From assembly GCA_965242965.1 (NCBI GenBank), contig OZ251518.1:3072001-3136000 (forward strand): 64,000 bases of DNA, in the 5' to 3' direction. The stretch comes from Candidatus Poribacteria bacterium. GTDB lineage: Bacteria > Poribacteria > WGA-4E > WGA-3G. The notes below the pieces were generated by a model. It had not been told where the DNA came from, ran no database searches, and saw only the letters and a program-made list of their open reading frames with translations. Made by a program: the position numbers and the translations under genes. Numbering within the stretch: position 1 is the stretch's first letter; every line of letters begins with the position of its first letter. This document shows positions 48,279-58,912 of the stretch, piece by piece.

Positions 48279-50165
48279 CTACTGGGTTTGCCGGCGGGGC
48301 AGTTTCACGGTGAAATTACTGCCTTTTCCTTCTTCACTGCTCTTCACGTAGATCTCGCCGCCGTGCAAATCTACCAAGCGGCGCGTTAATGCCAATCCGA
48401 GGCCGGTGCCGCCGTATCGCCGGGATTTTGAGGTATCGATCTGCGTAAAGGGTGCGAAGAGTTTACGCTGGTCTTCTTCGGCGATGCCTATCCCGGTATC
48501 AATGACTTCGGCGCAGAGGTGCGTGTCGGTGATTTTGAGATGCGTGGCGACTTTTCCGCCGGCGGGTGTAAACTTCACGGCGTTTGAGAGCAGATTGTAG
48601 AAGATCTGCTTAAATTTCACGCGGTCTGCCTCAATTGTTGCGTCCTGCTGCGCCTGCAAGGTGAGTTGCAACTCCTTCTTTGCGGCGAGCGCGTTGATGA
48701 TGGCGTTGACTTCCTCCATCGCGTCAACGATAGAGAAGCACTCCAGTTGCATCACCATTTTCCCGGCTTCGATTTTGGAAAGATCGAGGATATCGTTAAT
48801 CATGTCAAGGAGATGTTGTCCACTGGTATGAATGTCGTTGACACACTCCTTCTGTTCGGCATTGATGCTTCCGACGAGTTCATCGCGGAGGATTTCGGCG
48901 AAGCCGATGATTGCATTCAAGGGTGTGCGGAGTTCGTGGCTCATGTTTGCGAGGAAATCGCTTTTTGCGCGGCTGGCATTTTCGGCGGATTCCTTTGCGC
49001 GCTGCATCGTCTGTTCCGCCTGCTTTCTGTCGGTGATGTCGGTAGAAGTCATCACAAATCCGACCAGGTGGCCATTCCGTTGAATCGGGCCGATGCAGGA
49101 GGCATACCAATTCCCGCTGAAGCGTCCCTGCACTTCATACGTGATCACCCTCCCGGTTTCAATAACTTTGGCGCATGCTTTCCTGAACCCGGCGTGCTGC
49201 TCCACAGTGAGGAAATCGAAGACGCTTCTGCCGACGATTTCCTCCATCGCCAACTCAAGGCCACTTGGGACGCGATTAAGAAACTCAATCTGATAGGCGA
49301 GGTTGATGGTAGAGATGACATCCGGCGCGCTTTGGACAAGCGAACGCCAGCGCGCCTCGGAGTCCTGCAACGCTTGGACTGCACGATGGTATTCGGTGAT
49401 GTTCCGCGAGATACCACATGTGCCTTGAATACGCCCGTTTCTATCGCGGATAGGCACTTTCGTCGTTGATACCCAAGTGTCCTCGCCGCCGGGCCAGGTC
49501 TCCTTCTCGACTTTTGCCACGATTGGTTTCCCTGTTTCAATGACAGTCTTTTCGTCGCGGTAAGCCTGCTGTGCGTGTTCGCGCGTAAAGTAGTCGAAAT
49601 CCGTTTTGCGGATGGCATCCGTTGGATTTTTGAGCCCGAATTGTTCCGCTAAAGAACGGTTGATACGAATGAACTGACTTTCGGTATCTTTGAAATAGAT
49701 GTGGTCTGGGGTATTCTCCATGAGTGTATGCAGCAGTTCACTGTCTTGCGTATGCGCTGCCACGAGTTGCTTGAGGCGATGCTCACTCTCCTTCACCTTC
49801 GCTTCCAATTGCCGTTGCCGCGTAACGTCCCGTGCGACGACGTAGCAAACGGGTTCGTCTGCCGCGGTTAGCGTTGCGTGCCAACTGATATGCCTGTAAG
49901 ATGCGTCTTTACATTGGACGCGGTTCTCAAAAGCGACGGTGGTGCATTCGCCGGTTTTGAGTTTTTTGATGGCGGCGAGCGTTTCGCCCCGGTCTTCGGC
50001 GTGAATGAGGGTGAACCACGGCTGACTCTGGAGTTCAGCGTGCGTGTATCCGAGTGTCTGTTCCCATGCGGAATTGAGCGGCGCGAAATCGCCATCAAAG
50101 CGGACATACGCGAACATCTCCGTGGACATGTCCAGAAAATGGCTGGTTTCAGTCAAGGGTTTCAT
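48279..50165 (-). CDS. Cytoplasmic sensor histidine kinase with three PAS domains
   Basis: PAS/PAC repeats, FLANMSHELRTPL, NLLSNAVKFT, DTGIGI, GGTGLGL. Confidence 0.95.
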   Translation of the reverse strand: MKPLTETSHFLDMSTEMFAYVRFDGDFAPLNSAWEQTLGYTHAELQSQPWFTLIHAEDRGETLAAIKKLKTGECTTVAFENRVQCKDASYRHISWHATLTAADEPVCYVVARDVTRQRQLEAKVKESEHRLKQLVAAHTQDSELLHTLMENTPDHIYFKDTESQFIRINRSLAEQFGLKNPTDAIRKTDFDYFTREHAQQAYRDEKTVIETGKPIVAKVEKETWPGGEDTWVSTTKVPIRDRNGRIQGTCGISRNITEYHRAVQALQDSEARWRSLVQSAPDVISTINLAYQIEFLNRVPSGLELAMEEIVGRSVFDFLTVEQHAGFRKACAKVIETGRVITYEVQGRFSGNWYASCIGPIQRNGHLVGFVMTSTDITDRKQAEQTMQRAKESAENASRAKSDFLANMSHELRTPLNAIIGFAEILRDELVGSINAEQKECVNDIHTSGQHLLDMINDILDLSKIEAGKMVMQLECFSIVDAMEEVNAIINALAAKKELQLTLQAQQDATIEADRVKFKQIFYNLLSNAVKFTPAGGKVATHLKITDTHLCAEVIDTGIGIAEEDQRKLFAPFTQIDTSKSRRYGGTGLGLALTRRLVDLHGGEIYVKSSEEGKGSNFTVKLPRRQTQ

Positions 50166-50191
50166 GGTTGTCCCTCGTTGGATTTGATGGA

Positions 50192-50375
50192 GATGGCGAG
50201 GGACAGGCCCTCGCCCTACGGTAATAAGCGGATTACGATAACGAGCGGCGATGGCGAGGGACAGGCCCTCGCCCTACGGTAATAGGCGGATTACGATAAC
50301 GATCGGAGCGTGGCGAGGGACAGGCCCTCGCCCTACGATAATAGGCGGATTACGATAACAAGCGGATTACGGTAA
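50192..50375. repeat. Three tandem REP-B units with GCGGATTACGATAAC linkers
   Basis: TGGCGAGGGACAGGCCCTCGCCCTACG(G/A)TAATA(A/G)GCGGATTACGATAAC three times, period about 59 nt. Confidence 0.9.
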
Positions 50376-50386
50376 CAAACAGCTAC

Positions 50387-51148
50387 TCAATGCGTGACTA
50401 GGACTGAGCGTTTTGCGAGTTTGACGACGGTTTGCGTGGTGCTTTGGAAGACGAGTTCGTAGAGTTTCCCGTGGTGGCTTGCGCTGAGCGCGATGAGATC
50501 ACAGTCGTTCTCTTCGGCGTTTTCCAAGATATTCGTCACGGTGAACCCGCGCGCGGTCCGGTATTCCGTTTCGACATCGTAGTAGTTGAGGTATTCCTGC
50601 ATCTGCTGCTTAATCTGTGTTGCCTCGGCTTGCGTATTTGAAAGCGCGAGGCCGAGGATGCCCGCCTTCGTCAATTCCCCGATTTCGGCGACGAGTGCTA
50701 ACACGTGGTCCGAGTAGATATCGCCGTGATGGACGGCGAGTATTTTTCGGAGGAGTGTGCATTGTTCGTGGACGACGATGATGGGCTTCGTGATATGCGA
50801 GATGACATTGTCGATCTGGTTCTGAATCATCTTGAGCCCGCGTGTCCGAATGTCTTCGGGGAGTCCGATGACAACCAGGTCAGCGGCGTGTGCTTTCTCG
50901 CAGATTGTCTCCTGCGGGTTGCCGGCGACGGCCTCGATGTGGTAATCGAGGAAGTCGTAGAGAGCGCATTCGGCTTCGGTGCGCCGCATGACAGTTTCCG
51001 CGACATCGGTGCTGCCGCCGTGGCTGCTATCCTGAAAAAAGACACACGAGAGATGTGTATCCAATAGCACGGCGAGTTGTCCGGCGTACTCAAAGGCGTT
51101 CTTCTCGTAATCTGTGTCACCAATGGCGACAAGTATGTTTTTTATCAT
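50387..51148 (-). CDS. Tandem universal stress protein (USP)
   Basis: IKNILVAI, AGNPQETI, ADLVVIG, DLIALSASHH, STTQTVV. Confidence 0.88.
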   Translation of the reverse strand: MIKNILVAIGDTDYEKNAFEYAGQLAVLLDTHLSCVFFQDSSHGGSTDVAETVMRRTEAECALYDFLDYHIEAVAGNPQETICEKAHAADLVVIGLPEDIRTRGLKMIQNQIDNVISHITKPIIVVHEQCTLLRKILAVHHGDIYSDHVLALVAEIGELTKAGILGLALSNTQAEATQIKQQMQEYLNYYDVETEYRTARGFTVTNILENAEENDCDLIALSASHHGKLYELVFQSTTQTVVKLAKRSVLVTH

Positions 51149-51181
51149 AGCATTGTCCTTCTGCGAACGTCACTGTGAATG

Positions 51182-51535
51182 TCACTGTGACGGAGCTAAC
51201 AAGGCGGCGATTGCCTCGGCTTCGCTGTCATAGTTTTGAAAGACGGTGATTAAGCGCGCCATGACAATGAGGTTTTTGACATGCTTGCTGACGTTAATCA
51301 CTGCGATTTTCCCGCCGCGGGGGTGTATCTCGGCGTAGATTTTCATCATGGCACCGAGCCCGGAGCTATCCATACCGGTGACCTGCTTGAAGTCAAACAC
51401 CAATTTCGGCGGTTCGCTGAGCGTAGCGAGAGTTTCCTCGACGATGGCGGTAATCTCGTTGACATCGGGTGCGATGATTCTCCCGCTGAGTTTAAGAATA
51501 ACAACTCCTTCTCTCTCCAACACGTTAATTCTCAT
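51182..51535 (-). CDS. STAS-domain anti-sigma factor antagonist
   Basis: FDFKQVTGMDSSGLG with the phospho-acceptor Ser. Confidence 0.92.
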   Translation of the reverse strand: MRINVLEREGVVILKLSGRIIAPDVNEITAIVEETLATLSEPPKLVFDFKQVTGMDSSGLGAMMKIYAEIHPRGGKIAVINVSKHVKNLIVMARLITVFQNYDSEAEAIAALLAPSQ

Positions 51536-51686
51536 CCCTGCTTGCCTCCTGTCCGTAGCGTCGGGCTCAGCCGTATCCGAGTGTGGCGTGCGCGCTTGCG
51601 TGTGCGGAGATTAGGCTCGCGAGAGCCCAATCTCCTGAAAGCGGCGCTCGGGGCCACTTGTGAGAAGAGCCTTCCGAAAACGCGGG

Positions 51687-52034
51687 TTAACTTTCGTTCC
51701 CGAGTGCCGAGACCGCGTCTGCTTCGGAGTCATAATGTTCAAAGATACTGACGAGCCGGCTTCGGACGATCAAGTTCTTGATGTTTTTGCCGACGTTGAT
51801 AACGCCGATACGCCCGCCTTGCCGCTTCGCGGCGACATGCGCGCCCATCAGGGTGCCGAGCCCGGAACTGTCCATCATTGAGACATGCTCAAAATTGATC
51901 AGGAGCCGCGGGGCATCGGCAGCATCAATCTGCGTTGTAATCACCTCGCGCAGCTCTGATACCGCTGTCCCCATGATCTTCCCGTTGGGCTCCAATACTG
52001 TAACGCCATCGTTCTGGCGGATTGTGGTTGCCAT
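51687..52034 (-). CDS. STAS-domain anti-sigma factor antagonist
   Basis: INFEHVSMMDSSGLG; AAGGAG RBS before MATTIRQ at 52034; paralogue of the 51182 gene. Confidence 0.92.
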   Translation of the reverse strand: MATTIRQNDGVTVLEPNGKIMGTAVSELREVITTQIDAADAPRLLINFEHVSMMDSSGLGTLMGAHVAAKRQGGRIGVINVGKNIKNLIVRSRLVSIFEHYDSEADAVSALGNES

Positions 52035-52156
52035 GCGTCTGCTCCTTTTTGTCGGGTTGCGGCGAATTGAAAGGTCCAATTCGCCTTATACCTTTGATAC
52101 TCCCCACAGCCTGAAGGCTGGGGATTTTTTTCGTCCCTCGTGGGGACGTTTCCAGT

Positions 52157-53374
52157 TCAAGAACTGGACAACCGCGTCTCCAAACGGATGCCGCGGGGCG
52201 GTATCATGGCCGCCGCTACAGGGACAGCCAGCTGTCCCAGATACTTTCTACGGATGTTTATCGCACCGACTCCGTCACGGTGATACTCAAAATCGCAAGA
52301 CTTGCATCGGTAGTTGCGATTCGTAGGTTTTCTGCGTTCGTCGCAGGCGGGACAGGTTTGCGATGTGTATGCCTCATTGCAGGAGACAACATCGATGCCC
52401 GCCGATTTGCATTTGTAGGTAATCAGTTGCACGAGTTTCGCAAACGGCCACTGATGCAACTTCTGATTTGCCTTCGCACCGTAATCCATGCGTTGGCGGA
52501 TACCTTTCAAATCGCCGATGACGACGGTACCGATACCACGGCGGATGCAAATGTCACGGAACTTCGATGTGTGCTTGTGAAGTGCATCCTGGATTTGTCT
52601 GTCAATGCGATGCAAGAACTTCCATTTCCGTTGAACTAATTTGCGGTACCGTGGCGAGAACCGTTTGCACAAAGCAATCAGAGATTGGAACTGCGAATAG
52701 ACCTTGTTTCTCAAGCGATATAGCGAGCGGATATAGCGTCCATTGAAAATCAGCGTCTCTTCACCGTCGTGGGTTACCATCGGGTGGATTTCGCCGAGGT
52801 CCACACCACAAATCTCATCACCGGGTGCATCAGGGCGTTCGTCATCAGTTTTGTAAACAATGTGCAGGCAGAACCTACCCTTGTTGTAGACTAAATCGAT
52901 TACAGCGATGTGTTCCGATTCGGAAACATCGAGGGCTTTTGGCAGCGGAATTTCCAGTGCTGGTCGACCTGCTCCCATCGAGAGAACAAGGCGTTTACCG
53001 AGTCGTTCGTCCTTCACACGAATTGCACTACGCAGCCACCGATGCGTGAGATACGTTTTACGTTTACGCGGTGGGCGTGCATCAGTGTATCCGTGAAACT
53101 TCAGTGTCCGATAGGAACGCCACGCCTGAAAATAGCGGCCGCTGACATACTGCACACTTTGTGAGTGCAGCGGATACTTCCCTTTGAGGCGGGTGTTCAT
53201 CCAACCGTGGCACTCTTTGCCGAAGTAAAAGTCACGGTGTGCATGTGGATAGCCACGCTGGTATTGATAGACATCCATCAAATCCAAACACGCATTCCAG
53301 ACTTCCGCGGTCGTGCGTGCAATCTGGGTATAGATGGGTTTGGATTCCAACTTGAGTTGCTTAGTGCGAAGCAT
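52157..53374 (-). CDS. tnpB: RNA-guided endonuclease TnpB
   Basis: GVDLGE (RuvC-I), VVIGDL, CNEAYTSQTCPAC..CKSC zinc finger, HRDGVGAINI (RuvC-III); ATG 53374 overlaps the tnpA end. Confidence 0.95.
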   Translation of the reverse strand: MLRTKQLKLESKPIYTQIARTTAEVWNACLDLMDVYQYQRGYPHAHRDFYFGKECHGWMNTRLKGKYPLHSQSVQYVSGRYFQAWRSYRTLKFHGYTDARPPRKRKTYLTHRWLRSAIRVKDERLGKRLVLSMGAGRPALEIPLPKALDVSESEHIAVIDLVYNKGRFCLHIVYKTDDERPDAPGDEICGVDLGEIHPMVTHDGEETLIFNGRYIRSLYRLRNKVYSQFQSLIALCKRFSPRYRKLVQRKWKFLHRIDRQIQDALHKHTSKFRDICIRRGIGTVVIGDLKGIRQRMDYGAKANQKLHQWPFAKLVQLITYKCKSAGIDVVSCNEAYTSQTCPACDERRKPTNRNYRCKSCDFEYHRDGVGAINIRRKYLGQLAVPVAAAMIPPRGIRLETRLSSS

Positions 53375-53711
53375 GTGAGACACCTTTCAGATTTTCGACG
53401 TATTGCTTCAGCACATCGAGTGTCACACCACCAGTGGAAGCGACGAACTTCGATCACGTCCACAAGCAGGGTCATCGCTTTTTCAATGCAGGGAATTCAT
53501 CACGAATAACCTTCGATGTGAATCCCTTGATTTTACCTCTCACTGATGTCACCGCCACGTTTGGCGGCACGGACATCAGCAAATGGAGATAGTCTGGCAT
53601 CACTTCTGAGTCTGGCATTTCTAGCCCCATCGTTAGGGTTCTGAACAGTAAGTATACCCTATTTGGAAGGCGAAAGCAAGTCTTTTTTTGATATCCCGCA
53701 GAATGTGCCAA
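53361..53711 (-). pseudogene. tnpA: Degraded IS200-like HUH (Y1) transposase
   Basis: EVMPDYLHLLMSVPP (HUH first His replaced by Tyr), KIKGFTS..EFPALKKR*PCLWT*SKFVASTGGV..KQYVEN; two nonsense codons and a corrupted N-terminus. Confidence 0.88.
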
Positions 53712-53783
53712 TTGCAGGGCAGTTGCGATTTCTACATCCCCAACCTAAAGTATGGGGATTTGAAATCGGGGCGTTCGTTAATA

Positions 53784-53812
53784 ATTTTAACGATTTTTAA
53801 TGCGTTTGTCAA
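53784..53812 (-). promoter_or_regulatory. Sigma70-type promoter reading into the IS and toward the STAS operon
   Basis: TTGACA (53812-53807)-17 nt-TAAAAT (53789-53784), with an AT-rich upstream tract. Confidence 0.72.
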
Positions 53813-53940
53813 GTTTAAATTCAAAAAAAGAATAATGTGTGGGATTTAAGCGATTTTTTCGTTTTTTTTTTGGATTCGTTATGATTCAATCGCGGGGGAA
53901 ACCCGCTCGGATGCGCGTATGGCATCCGAGGGCCCCCGCG

Positions 53941-56637
53941 CTACGTGCTGGAGGTGTTCAGGAAATGTCGGATTACGTAATCCAAGATACCTCCGTGTTT
54001 GTAGTAGTCAACTTCGACTGGAGAGTCGATGCGGACTCGCACTTCCGTTGAGACTGCCTCGCCGTTGGTGCGGACGATGTCCAACTTCGCCATCTGCCCG
54101 GGTTGCAAGTCAGCGGCGAAGCCGGTGATGCTGATGCGTTCGCTGCCGTCAAGGTTGAGCGTCTGCGCGTTTTCTCCCGGTTTGAACTGCAACGGCAGAA
54201 TGCCCATGCCGATGAGATTGCTCCGATGAATACGCTCATAACTTTCAACGACAACGGCTCTGACACCGAGCAACTTCGGTCCTTTTGCTGCCCAGTCGCG
54301 GGAGCTGCCCATGCCGTAATCCTTGCCGGCAAAGATGACGGTAGGCACGCCGTTTTCCCTGTAGTGGTTTGCGGCTTCATAAATCGTCGTCTGCTCGCCT
54401 TCGGGATAGCGACGTGTGAATCCGCCTTCCACATCGGGAGTCATGAGGTTTCGGACACGTCGGTTGGCAAACGTGCCGCGGCTCATCACCCTGTCATTGC
54501 CGCGTCGCGCGCCGTAGGTATTGAAATCGCGAGGCTCCACGCCGTTTTCTTGGAGGTATTCGCCTGCGGGGCTCGCTGCGGCGATGGCACCAGCGGGTGA
54601 AATGTGGTCCGTCGTGACAGAGTCGCCGAAGATGCCGAGGATACGTGCGTCAACGACATCTGAAATCGGCGCGGGTTCACGCGAAAATTCATCGAAAAAC
54701 GGCGGATGCTGGACGTAGGTGCTTTTTTCGTTCCACGGGTAGAGCACACCGCTCGCGCCGGTGAGCGCGTCCCACTCTGGGGCTTGCGCGCCGATTTGCT
54801 CATACATCTTGCGGAACGTCTTCCTGTCAACGGCACTGCGAATCATATCGGCGATTTCTTGGCGCGTCGGCCAGATCTCGTGGAGGTAAACCGCCTCGCC
54901 TTTGTCATTGTGGCCGAGGGGTTCGGTGGCTAAGTCAATGTCAATCCTCCCTGCGATGCCGTAGGCGACGACGAGCGGTGGTGACATCAGGAAGTTCGCT
55001 TTGATTTCCGGATGCACGCGCGCCTCGAAGTTCCGATTGCCACTCAGCACACTGGCAGTGACAAGATTCTCTGCGTCAAGAGCTGCTTGCACTTCTTCGT
55101 TGAGCGGCCCGCTGTTCCCGATGCAGGTGGTGCATCCGTAGCCGACGATGTTGTAGCCGAGTTTCTCCATATAACGCAGCAAGCCGGTGTTCTGCAGATA
55201 TTCTGTCACGACGCGCGAACCGGGGGCGAGGCTGGTTTTGACGTAATCGGGGACGCGCAGCCCTTTCTCCACCGCTTTTTTGGCGAGGAGTCCCGCGCCT
55301 ATCATCACGGATGGGTTGCTGGTGTTGGTGCAGCTCGTAATCGCAGAGATGACGACGGAGCCGTGCGTGATGTCGTTAGTGTCGGTTTTGGCATCGTCGG
55401 TTTCAGGAATGCCGAATCCGCCATCGGCAGTTGGGCGGGTGAGGAGTTCGCCGAACGTTCGCTTCACGTCCGACAAAGCAATCCTGTCTTGGGGCCGCCT
55501 TGGTCCGGCGATACTCGGTTCAATGTCGGCTAAGTCAATTTCCAGCACATCCGAATAGCGGACTTCGCCGATGCGGGGGATACCGAAGATGCCCTGCGCT
55601 TTGAGGTATGCCTCCACTAACGCGACGTGTGTTTCATCGCGTCCAGTCAGGCGTAAGTAGTTGATTGTCTCGGCATCGGGTGGGAAGAAGCCGATGGTTG
55701 CGCCGTATTCGGGGCACATATTAGAGAGCGTCGCCCTGTCTGGGAGAGAGAGAGCCTCTACGCCTGCGCCGAAGAATTCGACGAACTTATCGACAACTTC
55801 AGCGTTTCTAAGCCGTTGCGTTACCGTTAAAACCAGGTCCGTCGCGGTAACGCCGTCTTGAAGTTCGCCTTTGAGATGCACGCCGAGGACTTCGGGAGTG
55901 AGGATGTAGACAGGTTGTCCGAGCATGGCGGCTTCCGCCTCAATACCGCCGACACCCCATCCGACGATGCCGAGGCCGTTAATCATCGTGGTATGCGAAT
56001 CGGTGCCGACGACGGTATCGGGATAGGCGATGCCTTCTTCTGTCATCACGACTTGCGCGAGGTATTCGAGATTTACCTGATGGACGATGCCGATGGAAGG
56101 CGGGATGATGTTGAATTTTCCAAACGCCTGCTGTCCCCATTTGAGGAATTCATACCGTTCTTTGTTGCGTTCAAATTCGCGGCGGGTATTGAATTGAAAG
56201 GCGTTTTCGGTGCCGTAAGCGTCCACTTGAACGGAATGATCTACGACTAAATCAACGGGCACTAGGGGTTCTACCTTGCTGGCATCGCCGCCGAGTGTTG
56301 CGACGGCGGAGCGCATGGCGGCGATGTCAACGACAAGCGGCACGCCGGTGAAATCTTGTGCGATGACGCGCGCCGGTTTGAACGGAATCTCCGCTGATTT
56401 AGGTGATTCGGCATCCCAATTTGCCAAGTTGACAATGTCTTCCTCGGCGATTTGGTGGCCGTCGTAATTCCGCAACAACGACTCTAGGAGGATGCGGAGG
56501 CTGACAGGCAAGGTGGCGATGGAGCCGATGCCGGCTTCTGTTAATGCAGGCAGTGCGTAATAGTTGCACGCGAGCCCATTTTTCTCAAGTTCAAGGGTTC
56601 GGCGTGCGTTGAAGAGGTTATGAGCGCGTTGGGACAT
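53941..56637 (-). CDS. acnA: Aconitate hydratase A
   Basis: [68 protein letters not shown]; start MSQRAH at 56637. Confidence 0.98.
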   Translation of the reverse strand: MSQRAHNLFNARRTLELEKNGLACNYYALPALTEAGIGSIATLPVSLRILLESLLRNYDGHQIAEEDIVNLANWDAESPKSAEIPFKPARVIAQDFTGVPLVVDIAAMRSAVATLGGDASKVEPLVPVDLVVDHSVQVDAYGTENAFQFNTRREFERNKERYEFLKWGQQAFGKFNIIPPSIGIVHQVNLEYLAQVVMTEEGIAYPDTVVGTDSHTTMINGLGIVGWGVGGIEAEAAMLGQPVYILTPEVLGVHLKGELQDGVTATDLVLTVTQRLRNAEVVDKFVEFFGAGVEALSLPDRATLSNMCPEYGATIGFFPPDAETINYLRLTGRDETHVALVEAYLKAQGIFGIPRIGEVRYSDVLEIDLADIEPSIAGPRRPQDRIALSDVKRTFGELLTRPTADGGFGIPETDDAKTDTNDITHGSVVISAITSCTNTSNPSVMIGAGLLAKKAVEKGLRVPDYVKTSLAPGSRVVTEYLQNTGLLRYMEKLGYNIVGYGCTTCIGNSGPLNEEVQAALDAENLVTASVLSGNRNFEARVHPEIKANFLMSPPLVVAYGIAGRIDIDLATEPLGHNDKGEAVYLHEIWPTRQEIADMIRSAVDRKTFRKMYEQIGAQAPEWDALTGASGVLYPWNEKSTYVQHPPFFDEFSREPAPISDVVDARILGIFGDSVTTDHISPAGAIAAASPAGEYLQENGVEPRDFNTYGARRGNDRVMSRGTFANRRVRNLMTPDVEGGFTRRYPEGEQTTIYEAANHYRENGVPTVIFAGKDYGMGSSRDWAAKGPKLLGVRAVVVESYERIHRSNLIGMGILPLQFKPGENAQTLNLDGSERISITGFAADLQPGQMAKLDIVRTNGEAVSTEVRVRIDSPVEVDYYKHGGILDYVIRHFLNTSST

Positions 56638-56653
56638 GATTTCTCCTATGAAT

Positions 56654-58903
56654 TTAATTTTGTTGCATCTTCGCCAGTTTATTGAGTTGCTGGCGCGCGT
56701 AGAGGGTGATAACATCCTCTGGATAGTCGGTAATCAGCGTCGTATAGGTAGCGATGGCGTTCGCGAAATCGGTTTGCTGCTGGTAAATCTCGGCGATGTG
56801 CATCAGAGCCTTCGTTGCGAGCGCGGTTTCTGTCTCAAGAATTTTTTGATACGCCGTTATCGCCGCTGTCGCTTTGCCTGCCTCACGATAAATGTCGCCG
56901 AGGAGGAGCCAGATATCGTCAACGATGAGTGCTTGCGCGTGTGTTGTCAGCGTTAGTTCGCATTGTTGGACAGCGGCATTGGTGTTGCCGCTTCGGTAAA
57001 GCCGTTCCGCTGTGGCATAGTCAGTGAGCGGTATTTTGAAGTAATCGGGGTGACTCTGAATCAGGACAACCCGTTCGAGCGCGTCGTTCGTGAGCCGGTC
57101 TGACGTTGAAGCGCGTATGGCATGCGTGTATGCTTCTTCCGCTTTCTCAAAGTCGGCGGCGAAGAAATAGGCATCGCCGATGAGTTTTTGCGCTGAGGCT
57201 TTGAAACGGTTTGCGCTTTCCACGATGGGTGTGAGCACCGCCTGCGCTTCGGTATATCGTTCCAAGAGGAGATGGCATTCTGCCACGCCGAGTTGCGCCT
57301 CTATCAGTTGACTGCCCGGTAATCGTCTGGAGAGCAGCCTTTGGAATGTGAGATAAGCCTCTTCTGGTTTGCGGAGTCCGTGCAGCTGCATTTGCGCGAG
57401 GAGCAGTTGGGTTTCGGTGGCATTTGCCCCGGGTAGCGTTTTGTTTGTTTCAGCGGTTAAAAGTTCAACGGCATCGTGCCATCGTTCCGTTTTATGATAG
57501 AGCCGCGCGAGTTTTCGCTGCGCTTCGCCGCGCCGCGCGTTATCCGTGGTGACGTGCATCAGCGTCTGATAGAAGTTTACCGCTGCTGGGGCTCCGTTAC
57601 GTTCTAAGACGCTTGCATATTTCTCAAGCGTGATGTCAATGTAAGCCGGATGCCGTGCATGGAGTTGCGTGAACGTCTCCAATGCCTTTTGGTGTTGTCC
57701 ATCATAAAAGCGGAGTTCCGCCAACGTGAGGGTGATATGCGCGTTTGTCGGTTGACGTTGCAACTCCTTTTGCGTTTGGGCAATGAGTTTCGTCATCAGC
57801 GGTTTCTGTGAGGGATTGTCGTAGATGTCCTGCATCTCGGATAGAATCGCGTCGCGTTCATAATGCGTCATGCCGACATTTTGCAGTGCCTGCAGGTATA
57901 CCGTCCCTGCCTTTTCAAGTTGCGCTTGGATTTTGTAAGCGGCGGCGAGTTGCGTGTAGAGGTATCCCTTTTTCGGGTTGAACCGAATTGCCTGTCGATA
58001 GGCGGCAATCGCCTCCGGGTACATCTTATGCGAGAGATAGAGCGCGCCGAGTTCCTGCTGTCTGTTTGCGCTGTTTGTTTCGTTGGCTACCAATTTTTTC
58101 CATTCTGCCACTGCCTGTTTAGTTTTGCCGAGTTCGACGTAGAGCGTGCCGAGTTTTCGGCGGAGGCTGGTATTCCCCGGATTCTGTTCCAACGCGTTGC
58201 GGTAGAGTTCTAATGCTTTCGGCTGCGCGCCTTGCTGTTGATAAAGTGCCGCCAACTTTTCTAACAACGTGACATCCCCCGGATTCCTCTCCAGTTGCTC
58301 GGCGATGAGTTTCTCAGCCGCTGCGTAACGTTTGTTCTCAATGTAGAGTTGGATGAGGCTATTCACCGCCGAGAACGCGTAAGGCGACTGCGGGAAGGTG
58401 TCCAAGAAATACCGATAGCTGTCCATCGCATCTTCGTGTTGTCCGGCGTTGTATTCATATTGCCCGACGAGGTATGCGGCGGTAGCGGCGGCAGGGGTGC
58501 TAGGGTGCTGCTTGAGTATTTGCTTGCAGTGCAGAATCGCCTCCCGGAATTGGTATCGTTGCAGATAGAGATTGCCGAGTCGGTGCACGGCTTGCGTTGC
58601 GTAGGTGCCGTTCGGATGTTCGTCGATAATCGCCTTAAAGACGCGGTGTGCATCTGCATCGTCGCCGAGTTTTGCGTAACTCTGTCCGAGCATCAGGCGG
58701 ATGTTGTCGCGTTGGTGTTGCTGCAGTTCAGTTTCAAGGAGTGCCTGATATGCCTGCACGGCTTCCACGTATCGGCGTTCGTGGAAGAGTTCGTGTGCTG
58801 CTTCAATTGCATCTAAAGCGAATGCCGGCGCGGCACAGAGAGCGATGGTTGCTATCGCGAGTGCTGCGTTGTGCCACATCCACATTGGGAACGATTTTTT
58901 CAT
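56654..58903 (-). CDS. Secreted multi-TPR protein
   Basis: Signal peptide (APAFA) followed by many TPR units, including BamD/CpoB-like YPxS turns; 749 aa. Confidence 0.9.
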   Translation of the reverse strand: MKKSFPMWMWHNAALAIATIALCAAPAFALDAIEAAHELFHERRYVEAVQAYQALLETELQQHQRDNIRLMLGQSYAKLGDDADAHRVFKAIIDEHPNGTYATQAVHRLGNLYLQRYQFREAILHCKQILKQHPSTPAAATAAYLVGQYEYNAGQHEDAMDSYRYFLDTFPQSPYAFSAVNSLIQLYIENKRYAAAEKLIAEQLERNPGDVTLLEKLAALYQQQGAQPKALELYRNALEQNPGNTSLRRKLGTLYVELGKTKQAVAEWKKLVANETNSANRQQELGALYLSHKMYPEAIAAYRQAIRFNPKKGYLYTQLAAAYKIQAQLEKAGTVYLQALQNVGMTHYERDAILSEMQDIYDNPSQKPLMTKLIAQTQKELQRQPTNAHITLTLAELRFYDGQHQKALETFTQLHARHPAYIDITLEKYASVLERNGAPAAVNFYQTLMHVTTDNARRGEAQRKLARLYHKTERWHDAVELLTAETNKTLPGANATETQLLLAQMQLHGLRKPEEAYLTFQRLLSRRLPGSQLIEAQLGVAECHLLLERYTEAQAVLTPIVESANRFKASAQKLIGDAYFFAADFEKAEEAYTHAIRASTSDRLTNDALERVVLIQSHPDYFKIPLTDYATAERLYRSGNTNAAVQQCELTLTTHAQALIVDDIWLLLGDIYREAGKATAAITAYQKILETETALATKALMHIAEIYQQQTDFANAIATYTTLITDYPEDVITLYARQQLNKLAKMQQN

Positions 58904-58912
58904 GGGGTTCTC

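Larger units (their letters stand above)
52094..53775 (-). mobile_element. IS200/IS605-family element (tnpA pseudogene plus tnpB)
   Basis: Subterminal hairpins TCCCCACAGCCTGAAGGCTGGGGA (52101-52124) and ATCCCCA-N10-TGGGGAT (53736-53759); TCAA right-end motif on the minus strand at 52097-52094; left boundary approximate. Confidence 0.85.

Noticed and set aside
50192-50375. Mini CRISPR array
   Set aside because: The spacers repeat (GCGGATTACGATAAC) and the repeat is the window-wide REP-B.
51536-51686. ncRNA between the two STAS genes
   Set aside because: Only one clear hairpin (GGAGATTAGGCTC..GAGCCCAATCTCC) and no recognisable family motif.
53361-53711. RAYT transposase responsible for the REPs
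   Set aside because: It is a decayed IS200-type TnpA coupled to tnpB with its own end hairpins and is not bracketed by REPs.
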